Of a DNA stretch of 64,000 nt, positions 38,620 to 50,734 are shown piece after piece. How positions within the stretch are numbered: the stretch's first letter is position 1; every line of letters starts with the position of its first letter. The stretch is from Octopus sinensis. Its lineage: Eukaryota. The DNA lies in assembly GCF_006345805.1 (NCBI RefSeq), contig NW_021824836.1, forward strand, positions 4,188-68,187, written 5' to 3'. The notes beneath the pieces are model-generated. The model was not told the origin of the DNA. It ran no database searches and was given only the letters and a program-made list of their open reading frames with translations. The translations under genes were made by a program, and so were the position numbers.

Positions 38620-39149
38620 TGCCACTCTTGGTCACCATGGTAGGTTCCAGTGACAAGCATTGCAAGATGACTAGGACTCTTTTGACTGCAAGTTTTATGT
38701 CAGAGTATCATTCAACTAGAAGAGCAAGTTTCTCAATGGCAGTGTGAAAAAAATCCATTTAACCCATAGATAAGACTTTCACACGTACTACCGTTCCGAG
38801 TCAGAATAAACCTGGGAGTAATGGTAATTAAGAAGTGAGATTTCACGCTATCTCGCAACTCCAGAATTCCAGAACTCCTGAACTGGTGCCTCATTACATG
38901 ACACATGACATACATACATACATACATACATGGTGGCTGCCCCCTCGTTATCGAGTATGGCCATTGCACGAAGCTTAATGAATGTTGTTATCGTGCAATG
39001 CCTGTGCAAGAAGATTCTTTTTAAAGTGAGGAAAGGCTGTGCACTGAGTCAATCCCACTCACTAAGCAACAGCAGCCATAATCCGAAAAGAAGAACAAGT
39101 CAACAACATCGGTAACCACTGAGCCGCTGGTTTTATGTCGAAGTTATCC

Positions 39150-39468
39150 CAGTTACCTGAGTTACCTTCTCCTAGAAGGATGCCCTAACAAAGGCTAGGA
39201 GTCCTTCACTCCCAATGGTTTAACCGCGCGATCGGGTATTCAGTCCGATTATTTCTATGTCCCTGCGCATGATACAGCCTTAAGACATTATTGGATGGCC
39301 GCTGACTCTCAGGAGTTCCTCCGTCCTTTGACGGTTTTGTTTTTCATCCCCAGGGTGTCCAATAAACACCCTCCTCACCAAGCAAGTTTGGGGGGTTGCC
39401 GGTTAGTCGCCGACGACCCGACCATGCAACAGGTTGTACTGGGTTACATGTTACCAGTAGCACTCGAC
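39150..39468 (-). mobile_element. LINE 5'-UTR-like repeat, copy 2 (RTE-like ctaggagaagg motif)
   Basis: The minus strand has ggcatccttctaggagaaggtaactc, resembling RTE 5'-UTR motifs; homologous to 41415-41712. Confidence 0.55.
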
Positions 39469-39839
39469 ATACATACATACATACATACATACATACATAC
39501 ATACATGCATGATGCATACATATCTGCATGCATACATACCTGCATGCATGCATACATACATAAATATCAATAACTATTGGTGCACTTGGTTATGTTAATA
39601 AACCGGTAGCCAAACTCTAGTAAAACTAAACTTTTCAAGCAAAAGAGACTCCTGAACGCTAGATTTACAGATGCAATCTGTAAGAACAGTAAAAATATGC
39701 AAGTCTTCTTAAAGTTTGTTATATAACAATTATTGATATTGTTAACCAGCCTCAAGTGATGAAGCTTCTGTTTCTTTGTTAGAAACAAGCACCCTCTTTC
39801 TGGGAAGAATCCTAATAAATAAATAAAAAGTGAAGCACA

Positions 39840-39845
39840 CATAAA

Positions 39846-39879
<34 letters not shown>

Positions 39880-39890
39880 CATACATACAT

Positions 39891-39922
<32 letters not shown>

Positions 39923-40002
39923 CATACATACATTACATACATACATACATACACACATACATACATACATATATACATACATACATTACATACATACATA
40001 CA

Positions 40003-40033
<31 letters not shown>

Positions 40034-41211
40034 CATACATACATACATGCATACATACATACATACATACATACATACATACATACATACATACATGCAT
40101 GCATACATACATACATACATACACACATACATACATACATACATACATATATACATGCATGCATGCATGCATGCATACATACATACATACATACATACAT
40201 TCATACATACATACATACATACATGCATACATACATTCATACATACATACATACATGCATGCATGCATGCATGCATACATACGTACATACATACATACAT
40301 ACATACATACATACATACATACATACATACATACATGCATGCATGCATGCATACATACATTCATACATACATACATAAATGCATGCATGCATACGTACGT
40401 ACATACATACATACATACATACATACAGACATGCATACATACATTCATACATACATACATACATGCATGCATACATACATACATACATACATACATGCAT
40501 ACATACATTCATACATACATACATACATGCATGCATGCATACATACATACATACATACATACATACATGCATGCATACATACATACATACATACATACAT
40601 ACATGCATGCATACATACATACATACATACATACATACATGCATGCATACATACATACATACATACATACATACATGCATACATACATTCATACATACAT
40701 ACATACATGCATGCATGCATGCATGCATACATACATACATACATACATGCATGCATGCATACATACATACATACATGCATGCATGCATGTATACATACAT
40801 ACATACATGCATGCATGCATGCATACATACATACATACATACATACATACATGCATGCATGCATGCATACATACATTCATACATACATACATAAATGCAT
40901 GCATGCATACGTACGTACATACATACATACATACATACATACAGACATGCATACATACATTCATACATACATACATACATACATGCATGCATACATACAT
41001 ACATACATACATACATACATGCATACATACATTCATACATACATACATACATGCATGCATGCATACATACATACATACATACATGCATGCATGCATGCAT
41101 GCATACATACATACATACATACATACATACATACATACATACATACATGCATGCATGCATGCATGCATACATACATACATACATACATACATACATACAT
41201 ACATACATACA

Positions 41212-41242
<31 letters not shown>

Positions 41243-41245
41243 CGT
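39840..41245. repeat. 1.4-kb (CATA/CATG)n microsatellite with an internal 516-bp duplication
   Basis: The rare variant string ataaatgcatgcatgcatacgtacgtac...acagacatgc occurs at ~40376 and ~40892. Confidence 0.92.
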
Positions 41246-41414
41246 ACATGATGACTGCAAACCCGTGTTCGAGTATTGCCATCGCCTGATCGAAAGTCCT
41301 ACAACCAGTTATGTGATAGGTCTTATTCTTGTATTTCAAGCGATACCTGTGCATGATGATTTTTTATAGTGGGGAAAGGATTTGCACAAATCCATCGAAT
41401 ATTATCAGTGTCGC

Positions 41415-41712
41415 AGGTTTTCTTTCAGAGTTTCTCTCTCCTAGAGGGATGCTGTGACAACAACAGAGGGACCTCCCACTCCCAGTGAGACAACCGAGCG
41501 CCTGGATACCAATCTAGGTATTTCTACATCCCCGCATATACATACATGAATACAAATCTATGTACACATATTGTTGAACGGCCGTTGACGGCTCATGAGC
41601 TCTTCCACCTTTCGACAGGTTTTATTTTTCGTTCTGCAGGGGTTGCCAGTTTAGTCGCCGACGACCCGACCATGCAACATGCTGTACTGGGTTACATGTT
41701 ACCAGTAGTACC
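41415..41712 (-). mobile_element. LINE 5'-UTR-like repeat, copy 3
   Basis: Homologous to 39150-39468. Confidence 0.55.
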
Positions 41713-42936
41713 AAGAACGAGCTAACATATATATATACATACATAGATACATATATACATACATACATACATACATACATACATACATACATACATACAT
41801 ACATACATACATACATACATACATACATACATACATACATACATACATACATACATACACACACATACATACACACATACATACATACATACATATATAC
41901 ATACATACATACATACATACATACATACATACATACATACATACATACAGTAGGTGTAGTATAACCGAATGATAAAGAAGTTTGCTTTACAGTTGACAGG
42001 TCCTGGGTTCGAACTCCTGTGTGGAGTCTTGAGTAAATGTCATTTTCTATACTCTAGTATTGACACATACCTTGCGAGTAGAATTGAGTACACGGAAAAC
42101 TGTACAGGAGCCAGTCGAGGGGTATTGTATCTGCAATTCTAAAGGTACAGCCTTGTTACGCTTTGTGTCACACAGATTTTGCCAAAAGTTAAGGGTACAT
42201 GAGCCTGTGGAATACTAGACCGCTTACGTGTTAAAATCAGGAGCAGGTAATTCAATTGATCAAACAAGCGAGCCCCTGACGACAAACGACGGGGATCCAC
42301 TACTACCACCACCACTAAACTCACCACCGACATCACCACCATCACCAAAATCACCACCGCCGCCACTACCACCACAACTACCACCACCACCACCACCACC
42401 ACCACCGCCACCACCGCCACCACCACCACCACCACCACCACCGCCGCCGCCGCCGCCACCACCACCACCACCACCACCACCACCACAACGACAACAACAA
42501 CTCTGTTGACTATTTTTCCATTCGCTAATGCGACGACATTCCACTTCACCTCTATGGAATTACTTTGACTGTACTTAAAACTTCACGAAGCTGGGATAAA
42601 AATAAATAAGAGAGCTTTTTTAATTCTCTAACGTCAGCTTTTAAGAAGGTGAGCGCGATATCAACATCGCCCAATCAGTCAAGTGACACCACCAAAAGAT
42701 AAACGAAATAAGTTAAAGTTTACAATAAATAAATACAGGAAAATAATAGTAACGGGGGTCAAGCATTTTGGAGGACGGTGTTTGATAAAATCGTTACAGA
42801 GCTTGACTGGTACAGATTTTATCAACCACGGAAGGGATTAGACACAGAATTTAACAGCGTAACTAAATACTAAAAGGCCATTTTTTGTTTCGGGAACTGG
42901 TCTCATCTATCAAGAACACCACCACCAATAATAATA

Positions 42937-42981
<45 letters not shown>

Positions 42982-42983
<2 letters not shown>

Positions 42984-43950
42984 AGAAAATTAATTGCAAA
43001 GACAGAAATTTAGCTAGCAGATGGGAACAGAAACCTCTCCATGGCAAGTATGTGGCCCGTAGCAAACAAGCTGATGTCGACCAGAAACACACGCACCAAT
43101 GGTTACGAAGCTCGGGGCTAAAAGCAGAGAGTGAAGGTTTCATATTAGCTGCTCAAGACCAAAGCTTATTAACCCGGAACTACCAAGTCAATGTGATAAA
43201 AAATCGAGCTGACCCAAAATGCCGATTCTGTAACGATGAGATTGAAACAATAGACCACCTAATCTCAGGGTGTAGAGTCTTAGCACCTGCAGAATATAAA
43301 GCAAGACATGACAGAGTCGGCCACTATTTACATTGGACAATATGTCGGTATTATAAAATCAAAACCGCTGACAAATGGTATAAACACCATCCTGAAGCTG
43401 TGACTGCAGGAGAAAATATGTCGATTTTATGGGACTTCCCCGTACAGACCGACAAAACTATAAAAGCTAATAAACCGGATATTATTATAAAAGATCGGAC
43501 AAAAAAGATGTGTTTATTAATTGACATGAGTATCCCTTGCGATCACAATATAGTGGCGAAAGAATTTGACAAGATTAGTAAATATAAAGACCTGCTAATA
43601 GAAATTGAAAAAATGTGGCATCTCAAGGCGACTACAGTACCAGTGATTGTAGGATCTCTAGGAATGATAAAAAAGGGACTGAAACCTATTTGAAAATGAT
43701 TCCAGGCTTACCATCCCTACAGGAAGTGCAAAAAATCGTTTTAACTGGAACGGCTCATGTACTGAGAAGAGTACTATCACTGTGAAAATAACATCCATCC
43801 ATGATTTTATTTATTTATTAATTTTTAAATACATATTTTATCTGTGAATTTGCGTGTGTAATCTGGGAATGCATACAATGAGCTTCTCTGCCCTAGGTGT
43901 ATGAAAAACACTCGGCGAGAAACGGAATAAAATTTGAAGAAAGAAGGAAA
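42982..43950 (+). pseudogene. 5'-truncated R4/Dong-clade LINE: CCHC knuckle plus restriction-like endonuclease, 3' UTR
   Basis: RWEQKPLHGKY, CRFC...ETIDHLISGC, ILWDFPVQTD...NKPDIII...LIDMSIP...KISKYKDL. One frameshift near 43675, stop at ~43785, followed by (TAA)n. Confidence 0.93.
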
Positions 43951-43954
43951 AAAC

Positions 43955-44018
<64 letters not shown>

Positions 44019-44059
44019 TAAAAAGTAATAATGATAATGATAATAATAATAATAACTAA

Positions 44060-44490
44060 GGCGGCGAGCTGGCAGAATCGTTAGCACGCCGGACAAACTG
44101 CTTAGTGGCATTTCGTGCGTCCTTATGCTCTGAGATCAAATTTCTCCGAGGTGGACCTTGCCTTTCATCTTTCCGGATTCGATAAAATAAGTACCCGCTG
44201 AACACTGGGTTCGATGTAATCCTCTTACTCCCTAGAAATTGATAGCCTTGTACCAAAATTTGAAAATCAATAATCATAATAATAATTGTTTCAAATTTTG
44301 GCACAAGGTCAGTCATTTTCGGAAAGGGAGAATAGTCATTACATCAACCCCAGTACATGACTGGTACTATATTTTATCGAGTTCGTAAGGCTGAAAGGCA
44401 AAGTCGACCTCGGCGGTATTTGATTTCAGAAATTAAAGAGATGGAAGAAATGCCGCTTAACACTTTGTGTGACGCGCCATCGATTCTCAC
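44060..44490. mobile_element. Tail-to-tail pair of B2-type SINEs (plus 44060-44275, minus ~44285-44490) between (TAA)n tracts
   Basis: Head ggcggcgagctggc at 44060; inverted tails ccttgtaccaaaatttg / caaattttggcacaagg. Confidence 0.75.
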
Positions 44491-44501
44491 AGTTATCGGC
44501 C

Positions 44502-44558
<57 letters not shown>

Positions 44559-44561
<3 letters not shown>

Positions 44562-47250
44562 TCACAGAAAAAGATTTGCCGGAGATAAAGAAAAGCTGAA
44601 GCAAGATATCCTTGCCAAAGCTCAAAGGATCCGCCGGTACGAGAAACGCCAACGCTTCTTTGAACAGAACAAAAAGTTCAACTCCGACCCCAAAAAGTTC
44701 TACCAAGAACTGGGCAAAAATAAAATAGAAGTCACTGCAGCACCAACGGCAGAAGAATTGGAAGAATTCTGGAGAGAAATATGGTCGGCGAACGAACAGC
44801 CAAAAAAAAGGAGTATGAAAATAACAAACTCGGCATCTGAACAACTTTGGACCCCCATAACAACTGAAGAGGTCACCCAGGCACTGCAAAAACTAAACAA
44901 CTGGAAGGCACCTGGGCATGACAAGATCCCCAACTTCTGGTTGAAATATCTAACAGGAATGCACAAAAAGCTGGCTGAAAACTTTAACAGCATACTAGCA
45001 GAGCCAGAGACAATGCCTGAATGGCTCACGAAGGGGAAAACCACCTTAATTCCCAAATCAAATGAAACAACAAAACCAGAAAACTACAGACCAATAACCT
45101 GCCTCCCTACTATGTTCAAGGCATTTACTGCAGTGATATCGCAAAGGCTGAACAAGCACCTGGACGAAAACAAACTGTTCCCAGAAGAGCAGAAAGGATG
45201 CCGCAAGATCAACTAATGATTAATAAAGATCAACTAATGATTAATAAAGCCGTAACTGAAGACAGCCACAGAAAGAAGAAAGGCCTCAGTATGGCCTGGA
45301 TTGACTACAAAAAGGCGTTTGATAGCATCCCCCACACATGGATCCTCGAAACACTAGCCATTAACAAAGTAGCACCAACAATCATAAAATTCATAGAGCA
45401 CTCTATGAATAAATGGCAACAGTCCTAACCTCCAAACAAAAGAGGGACTCATGAAACCAAAGACATCCCCATTAGAAGAGGAATATTCCAGGGAGACACG
45501 CTCTCTCCACTCCTTTTCTGCTTGGCACTGTCACCTCTATCTGATATGCTAATAGAACTGGATGCGGATATAAATGTTACGGCAAAACGATCAGCCACCT
45601 TTTATATATGGATGACCTAAAACTATACGCTGCAAATGACAAACAGCTGGAAACACTATTAAAGACAGTTCATGGATTTACCAAAGAAATAGATATGAAA
45701 TTTGGATTAGAAAAATGCGCCAAAGTAACCATGAAAAGAGGAAAACTAGTTAAGAGTAACAACATCACACTAGATAAAACCAATGAAATAAAAGAATTAG
45801 ACCAAAGCCAAACTTACAAATACTTAGGAATCCATGAACTAGATAAGACACAACCACCACAAATGAAAGAGAAAATAAAAAAGAATATTATAGACGAGTT
45901 AAATCAATACTAAAAACAGAGCTCAATGCTAAAAACAAGATAATAGGTATCAACACCTTAGCTGTCCCAGTTATAAGTTACAGCTACAATATCCTTAACT
46001 GGACACGAAATGAACTGTCCAAAATAGATAGGAAAACAAGAAAATACTGACAGGATCTAGGATGCATCACCCAAATCTGACATAAAAAGACTATATATAC
46101 AACGTATAGAAGGTGGTAGAGGCCTTATACAGCTGGAAAACTACTATAAAATAACCACCATAGGACTGCAAAAATACCTACTTCAGAAGGAAGGAAAACT
46201 GATCCAGATAGCAGCAAAACACGAGCAAAACAAAAAACTGTTCTCAGTATTTAAGGAAGCTGACAAATACAAACAAGAAATCATACCACCTAATAAACAC
46301 AAGAAGAAGAAGAAGATAAAACAACAAAAGCTATAAAACAATGAAATCCAAACTAAAAATAGAACAGCAACGAGCCATGATAAAACGATGGCAAGAAAAG
46401 CCCCTTCATGGTAAATACTGCACTAAACTAAACGCAAAAGAATAGACAAAGAAAAATCCCAGCAATGGTTGAGAAGCTCAGGACTCAAAGCAGAAACAGA
46501 GGGATTTTTAATTGCAGCACAAGACCAAAGCCTCCCCACCAGAAATTACCAAAAACATGTAATGAAAAGAAAAATTACAAGTAACTGCAGATATATGTGG
46601 AGATGGACAAGAAACAATAAATCATATTATCTCTAGCTGCCCAGTCCTGGCTAAGAAGGAATATATTCACAGACATGACAGAGTTGGAACCTACATACAT
46701 TGGAAGCTATGCCAACATTATGGAATAACAACAGAAAAAAAATGGTATAGGCACACACCAGAAAAGGTCACAGAAACGAGAAAGCAACCATACTCTGGGA
46801 TATGCCGATACACACAGATAGAGAAATTAAGGCCAACAGACCAGATATAGTTGTCAGAGATCATGAAGAAAAAAATGCTTTCTAATTGATGTATCAATAC
46901 CGGCAGATGACAACGTGTCTCTAAAAGAAATGGAGAAACTCTCAAAATACAAAACCTGGAAATAGAGGTAACTAGAATGTGGAACCTGAAAACAGAAACA
47001 ATTCCTATCATAGTGGGTGCATTAGGCATGATAAAAAAATATTCAGACAAATACATAACAAAAACACCAGGACTTACAAACACATATAACATACAGAAAA
47101 TTGCACTACTAGGCACTGCACACATCCTACGCAGAACACTTTCCATACAATAACCATCAGAGCATCACAACAAATCACAGCACATACCAAGGCACACAGA
47201 GCTGCGCTCGGTAGTGAAGTGAAAGCACGCTATAAAAATATACTACTGAA
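44559..47250 (+). pseudogene. 5'-truncated R4/Dong-clade LINE (RT, CCHC and RLE), multiply frameshifted
   Basis: AQRIRRYEKRQRFFEQNKKF, NYRPITCLPT, WIDYKKAFDSIPH, GIFQGDTLSPLLF, LYMDDLKLY, ANRPDIVV and LGTAHILRRTL*. (TAA)n on both sides. Confidence 0.95.
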
Positions 47251-47419
47251 TATATAATAATAATAATAATATAATAATAATAATAATATATAAAATAATA
47301 ATAATAATATAATAACATAATAATAATAATAATAATAATATAAGAATAATAATATAATAATATAATAATAATGATAATAATAATAAAATAATAAGAATAA
47401 TAATAATATATATAAGATA

Positions 47420-47451
<32 letters not shown>

Positions 47452-47579
47452 CAATAACAACTAATAATAATAATAATATATGAATACATAATAATAATAA
47501 TAATAATAATTAATGTATGATAATGATAATAATAATATATAATGATAATAATAATAATCCATACTACTCTATACTACTC

Positions 47580-47750
47580 TAGGTACAAGGTACAAGGCCC
47601 GAAATTTTGAGGGAGAGGACCAGTCGATTAGATCGAACCCCCAGTAAGCAACTGGTACTTAATTTATCGACCCCCCGAAAAGATGGAAGACAAAGTCGAT
47701 CTCGGCGGAATTTGAACTCAGAACGTAAAACAGACGAAATACCGCTAAGC
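47580..47750 (-). mobile_element. B2-type SINE, headless, within (TAA)n
   Basis: Reverse complement of the B body plus B2 tail. Confidence 0.8.
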
Positions 47751-47753
47751 ATA

Positions 47754-47784
<31 letters not shown>

Positions 47785-47959
47785 GAGAAGAAGAAGAAGA
47801 AGAAAGAAAGAAGACGAAGAAAGATAGAAGAATACAGAAGAAGAGAAGAAGAAGAAGAAGAAGAAGACTAAGAAGAAGAAGAAGAAGAATAAGAAGAAGA
47901 AGAGAAGAAGAAGAAGAAGAAGAAGAAGAAGAAGAAGAAGAAGAAGAAGAAGAAGAAGA

Positions 47960-48370
47960 TATACCAGACATCGGAAACCGGATATTATTGTGGTGAATAA
48001 AAAAGAAAGAACTTGCATGATAATCGATATAGCATGTCTCAGTGACAACAGGATCAAAGAGAAAGAAAAAAAAAGAACTGAGCAACTACGACGATTTGAA
48101 GAGGGAAACACGAAGATTGTGGTCAATGAGAAGAGCAGACGTGATACCAGTTGGAAGTATCAGCACTCAACTACCACCATGGCTCAAAAAGATTGGTACA
48201 AATGTAAAGATAGAACATCTACAAAAATCAGCATTGCTTGGAGCTGCAAGAATTCTTCGCGGGGTTCTTGAAGCATGATCAGTAAACAAGTGTCACCTTA
48301 GTCTGCTGGCTGTGGACAGCTGATACTTTCCATCATACCCAGCAAAATAAGCTGAGAGTTTTGATCAAAT
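47960..48370 (+). pseudogene. Third R4/Dong-like RLE C-terminal fragment (different subfamily)
   Basis: HRKPDIIVVNKKERTCMIIDIA...LQKSALLGAARILRGVLEA*; 3' UTR ending in (TAA)n. Confidence 0.88.
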
Positions 48371-48440
48371 AATAATAATAATAATTTCTCTACTAATCGT
48401 AAGGGCTTATCGTTATGTTCAAGGTGTATCAAGGCAGTTT

Positions 48441-49005
48441 ACTTTTTTACTCTTTTACTTGTTTCAGTCATTTGACTGCGGCCATGCTGGAGCACCGCCT
48501 TTAGTCGAGCAAATCGACCCCGGGACTTATTCTTTGTAAGCCCAGTACTTATTCTATCGGTCTCTTTTGCCGAACCGCTAAGTGACGGGGACGTAAACAC
48601 ACCAGCATCGGTTGTCAAGCAATGCTAGGGGGACAAACACGGACACACAAACACACACATACATATGTATATATATACATATATACGACAGGCTTCTTTC
48701 AGTTTCCGTCTACCAAATCCACTCACAAGGCATTGGTCAGCCCGGGGCTATAGCAGAAGACACTTGCCCAAGATGCCACGCAGTGGGACTGAACCCGGAA
48801 CCATGTGGTTGGTTAGCAGGCTTAAAAGACTCCGCCGGTTACGACGACGAGGGTCCCAGCTGATTAAAGTGTCTTGCTCAAGGACACAACGCGTCGCCGG
48901 GAATCGAACTCACAACCTTACGATCATGAGCCGAATGCCCTAACCACTAAGCCACGCGCCCTCACCGGTTAGCAGGCTACTTACCACACAGCCACTCCTG
49001 CGCCT
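48441..49005 (-). mobile_element. Family-C SINE interrupted in its head by a mini-SINE
   Basis: Reverse complement of the C consensus, split at a duplicated ggttagcaggct. Confidence 0.9.
48823..48966 (-). mobile_element. 144-bp internally deleted mini-SINE
   Basis: tRNA head, then ccttgagcaagacact, then directly the ~35-nt A-type tail. Perfect 12-bp TSD at 48811-48822 and 48967-48978. Confidence 0.88.
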
Positions 49006-49009
49006 AAAG

Positions 49010-49730
49010 TTTTCTAAAGATTTCTTCAATCAACTACTGCATAAAACGTTGATCATGTCTATAGGCTTTGCGTGCTGGGAATGACGTGCTCAGATTCCAA
49101 TAGCTGGGTCCCTCTGCCCACGAGTCTTATTTAGATCGACCCTGTACCTTTTGGAAGCTGGCCGGTTGAAATTGCAAAACTCCAGACTATCTTTGTTTGT
49201 TGCCCCAGAAAATATCCTATTGAAATACGAGCCGATGCTGTTTTCTCAAAATTAGACATTTGGGATATCCAGTTGTTGCCGGTCAGACAGTTGGAAACAT
49301 TGAATAGTTTTTCGAGGCTTTTACAGCTCTCTCCTATCGGCTGACCCCACACAATCCCTTAAGATACCGTTCTAGTCTGTCACTAATGCTGAAAACTAAT
49401 AACCTCCAAACAACACTTCTAAACGCTTGAAGAATTCCGACCGCCGTGTTCTTTTTAGAGTAGAGATGGCCACTAAACTGAGAGCATCGTTTTCGCTACT
49501 GATCACGTCCACGATCACTGACTTACTAACCGCATCCAGGGAGTTCATCCGTGCCTTGAGATTCTGACCTTTCCGAAGGAACACTGCCACTCCCCCCGAT
49601 CCCATTTGACTATGCACCTTACAGTTAACGAAGATGAGTACAAGAGTGCGCGCGTTTCGGAAATCTTCGTTACACTGATCGCTACTACATCTATATCTAG
49701 TGACCTGAAAGCCTACATCATAAGTATGCC
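49010..49730 (-). pseudogene. L1/Tx1-like apurinic endonuclease fragment, decayed
   Basis: SLDIDVVAIS(E)T, GSGGVAVFL, SEFFKRLEV and DPSYWNLS (GYWKLN-like). Confidence 0.72.
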
Positions 49731-50148
49731 GAATCGGGGTTACCTTAGGGCTAAACTACAACGACTCCACCACCAACTAATCTGTTACTTTGTGACGGTA
49801 CTTGTTTTATCAACCAATACGGGATTAACTCACTGAAGCTAATCCGATTAACTTCAAATTTAATGCTTCTTGGGGATTTAAAACTGATGCCGTTAATTAG
49901 GATTATTTCTTATTGAAAAGGGGCCATTCGAAAACAGAAGTAGCAGGATCTATTTTATGAACGAAGCATGTTCCCGGCATACATGGAAATCTACACACGT
50001 TTCCTACTGACTTCTTCCGACTAAGCAATAAATATTAATACCAATGAGTGAGTGTTTACATGGTCATACAACTAACATAGAAATAGCAAGCAATTCTCAC
50101 TCAGATCACCTCTTACTATCTCATGTGTGCGTTTGTTTATATATATAT

Positions 50149-50183
<35 letters not shown>

Positions 50184-50192
50184 ATATATATA

Positions 50193-50310
50193 TCACGTGA
50201 TCACGTGACCGACCAGGCTATCAGATGTTGCTACACATCGCTGGTCACAATGCGCTTCGCATTGTTTTAGCCTTCAAATGACGCCACCCCGCTGGCTAAG
50301 CGAGCAGGCC
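50193..50310. mobile_element. 118-bp structured unclassified insert in a (TA)n tract
   Basis: (TA)n on both sides; tcacgtgatcacgtga palindrome and caatgcg-ctt-cgcattg hairpin. Confidence 0.5.
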
Positions 50311-50402
50311 ATATATATATATATATATATATATACAGAGAAAGAGAGAGAAAAAGAAAGAGAGAGAGAGAGAGAAAGAGAGAGAAAGAGGGAGAGAGAG
50401 AA

Positions 50403-50441
<39 letters not shown>

Positions 50442-50734
50442 CAGACAGAAAGACAAACAAACAAGTCCTACTTATGATCAACGGCGTTCCAGCCTTGACT
50501 ATAATACTTTTGTAAAACACCAATATTGAAGCTAGAAATAGTTGTCAAATCGCCCTCAAATCACACACACACACTCAAAAACAGAAGTCCATGTCAGATA
50601 ATGTAATTAAGTTTTCTGAAGAAAAACAAATAAATAAAAGACAGCATTATCAAGGTTGGAACATCTGACACGGGTCGACTGGATCAGAGGCGATAGCAAC
50701 AACGACCGTACCAAATGCCCTTTCCACAAATACC

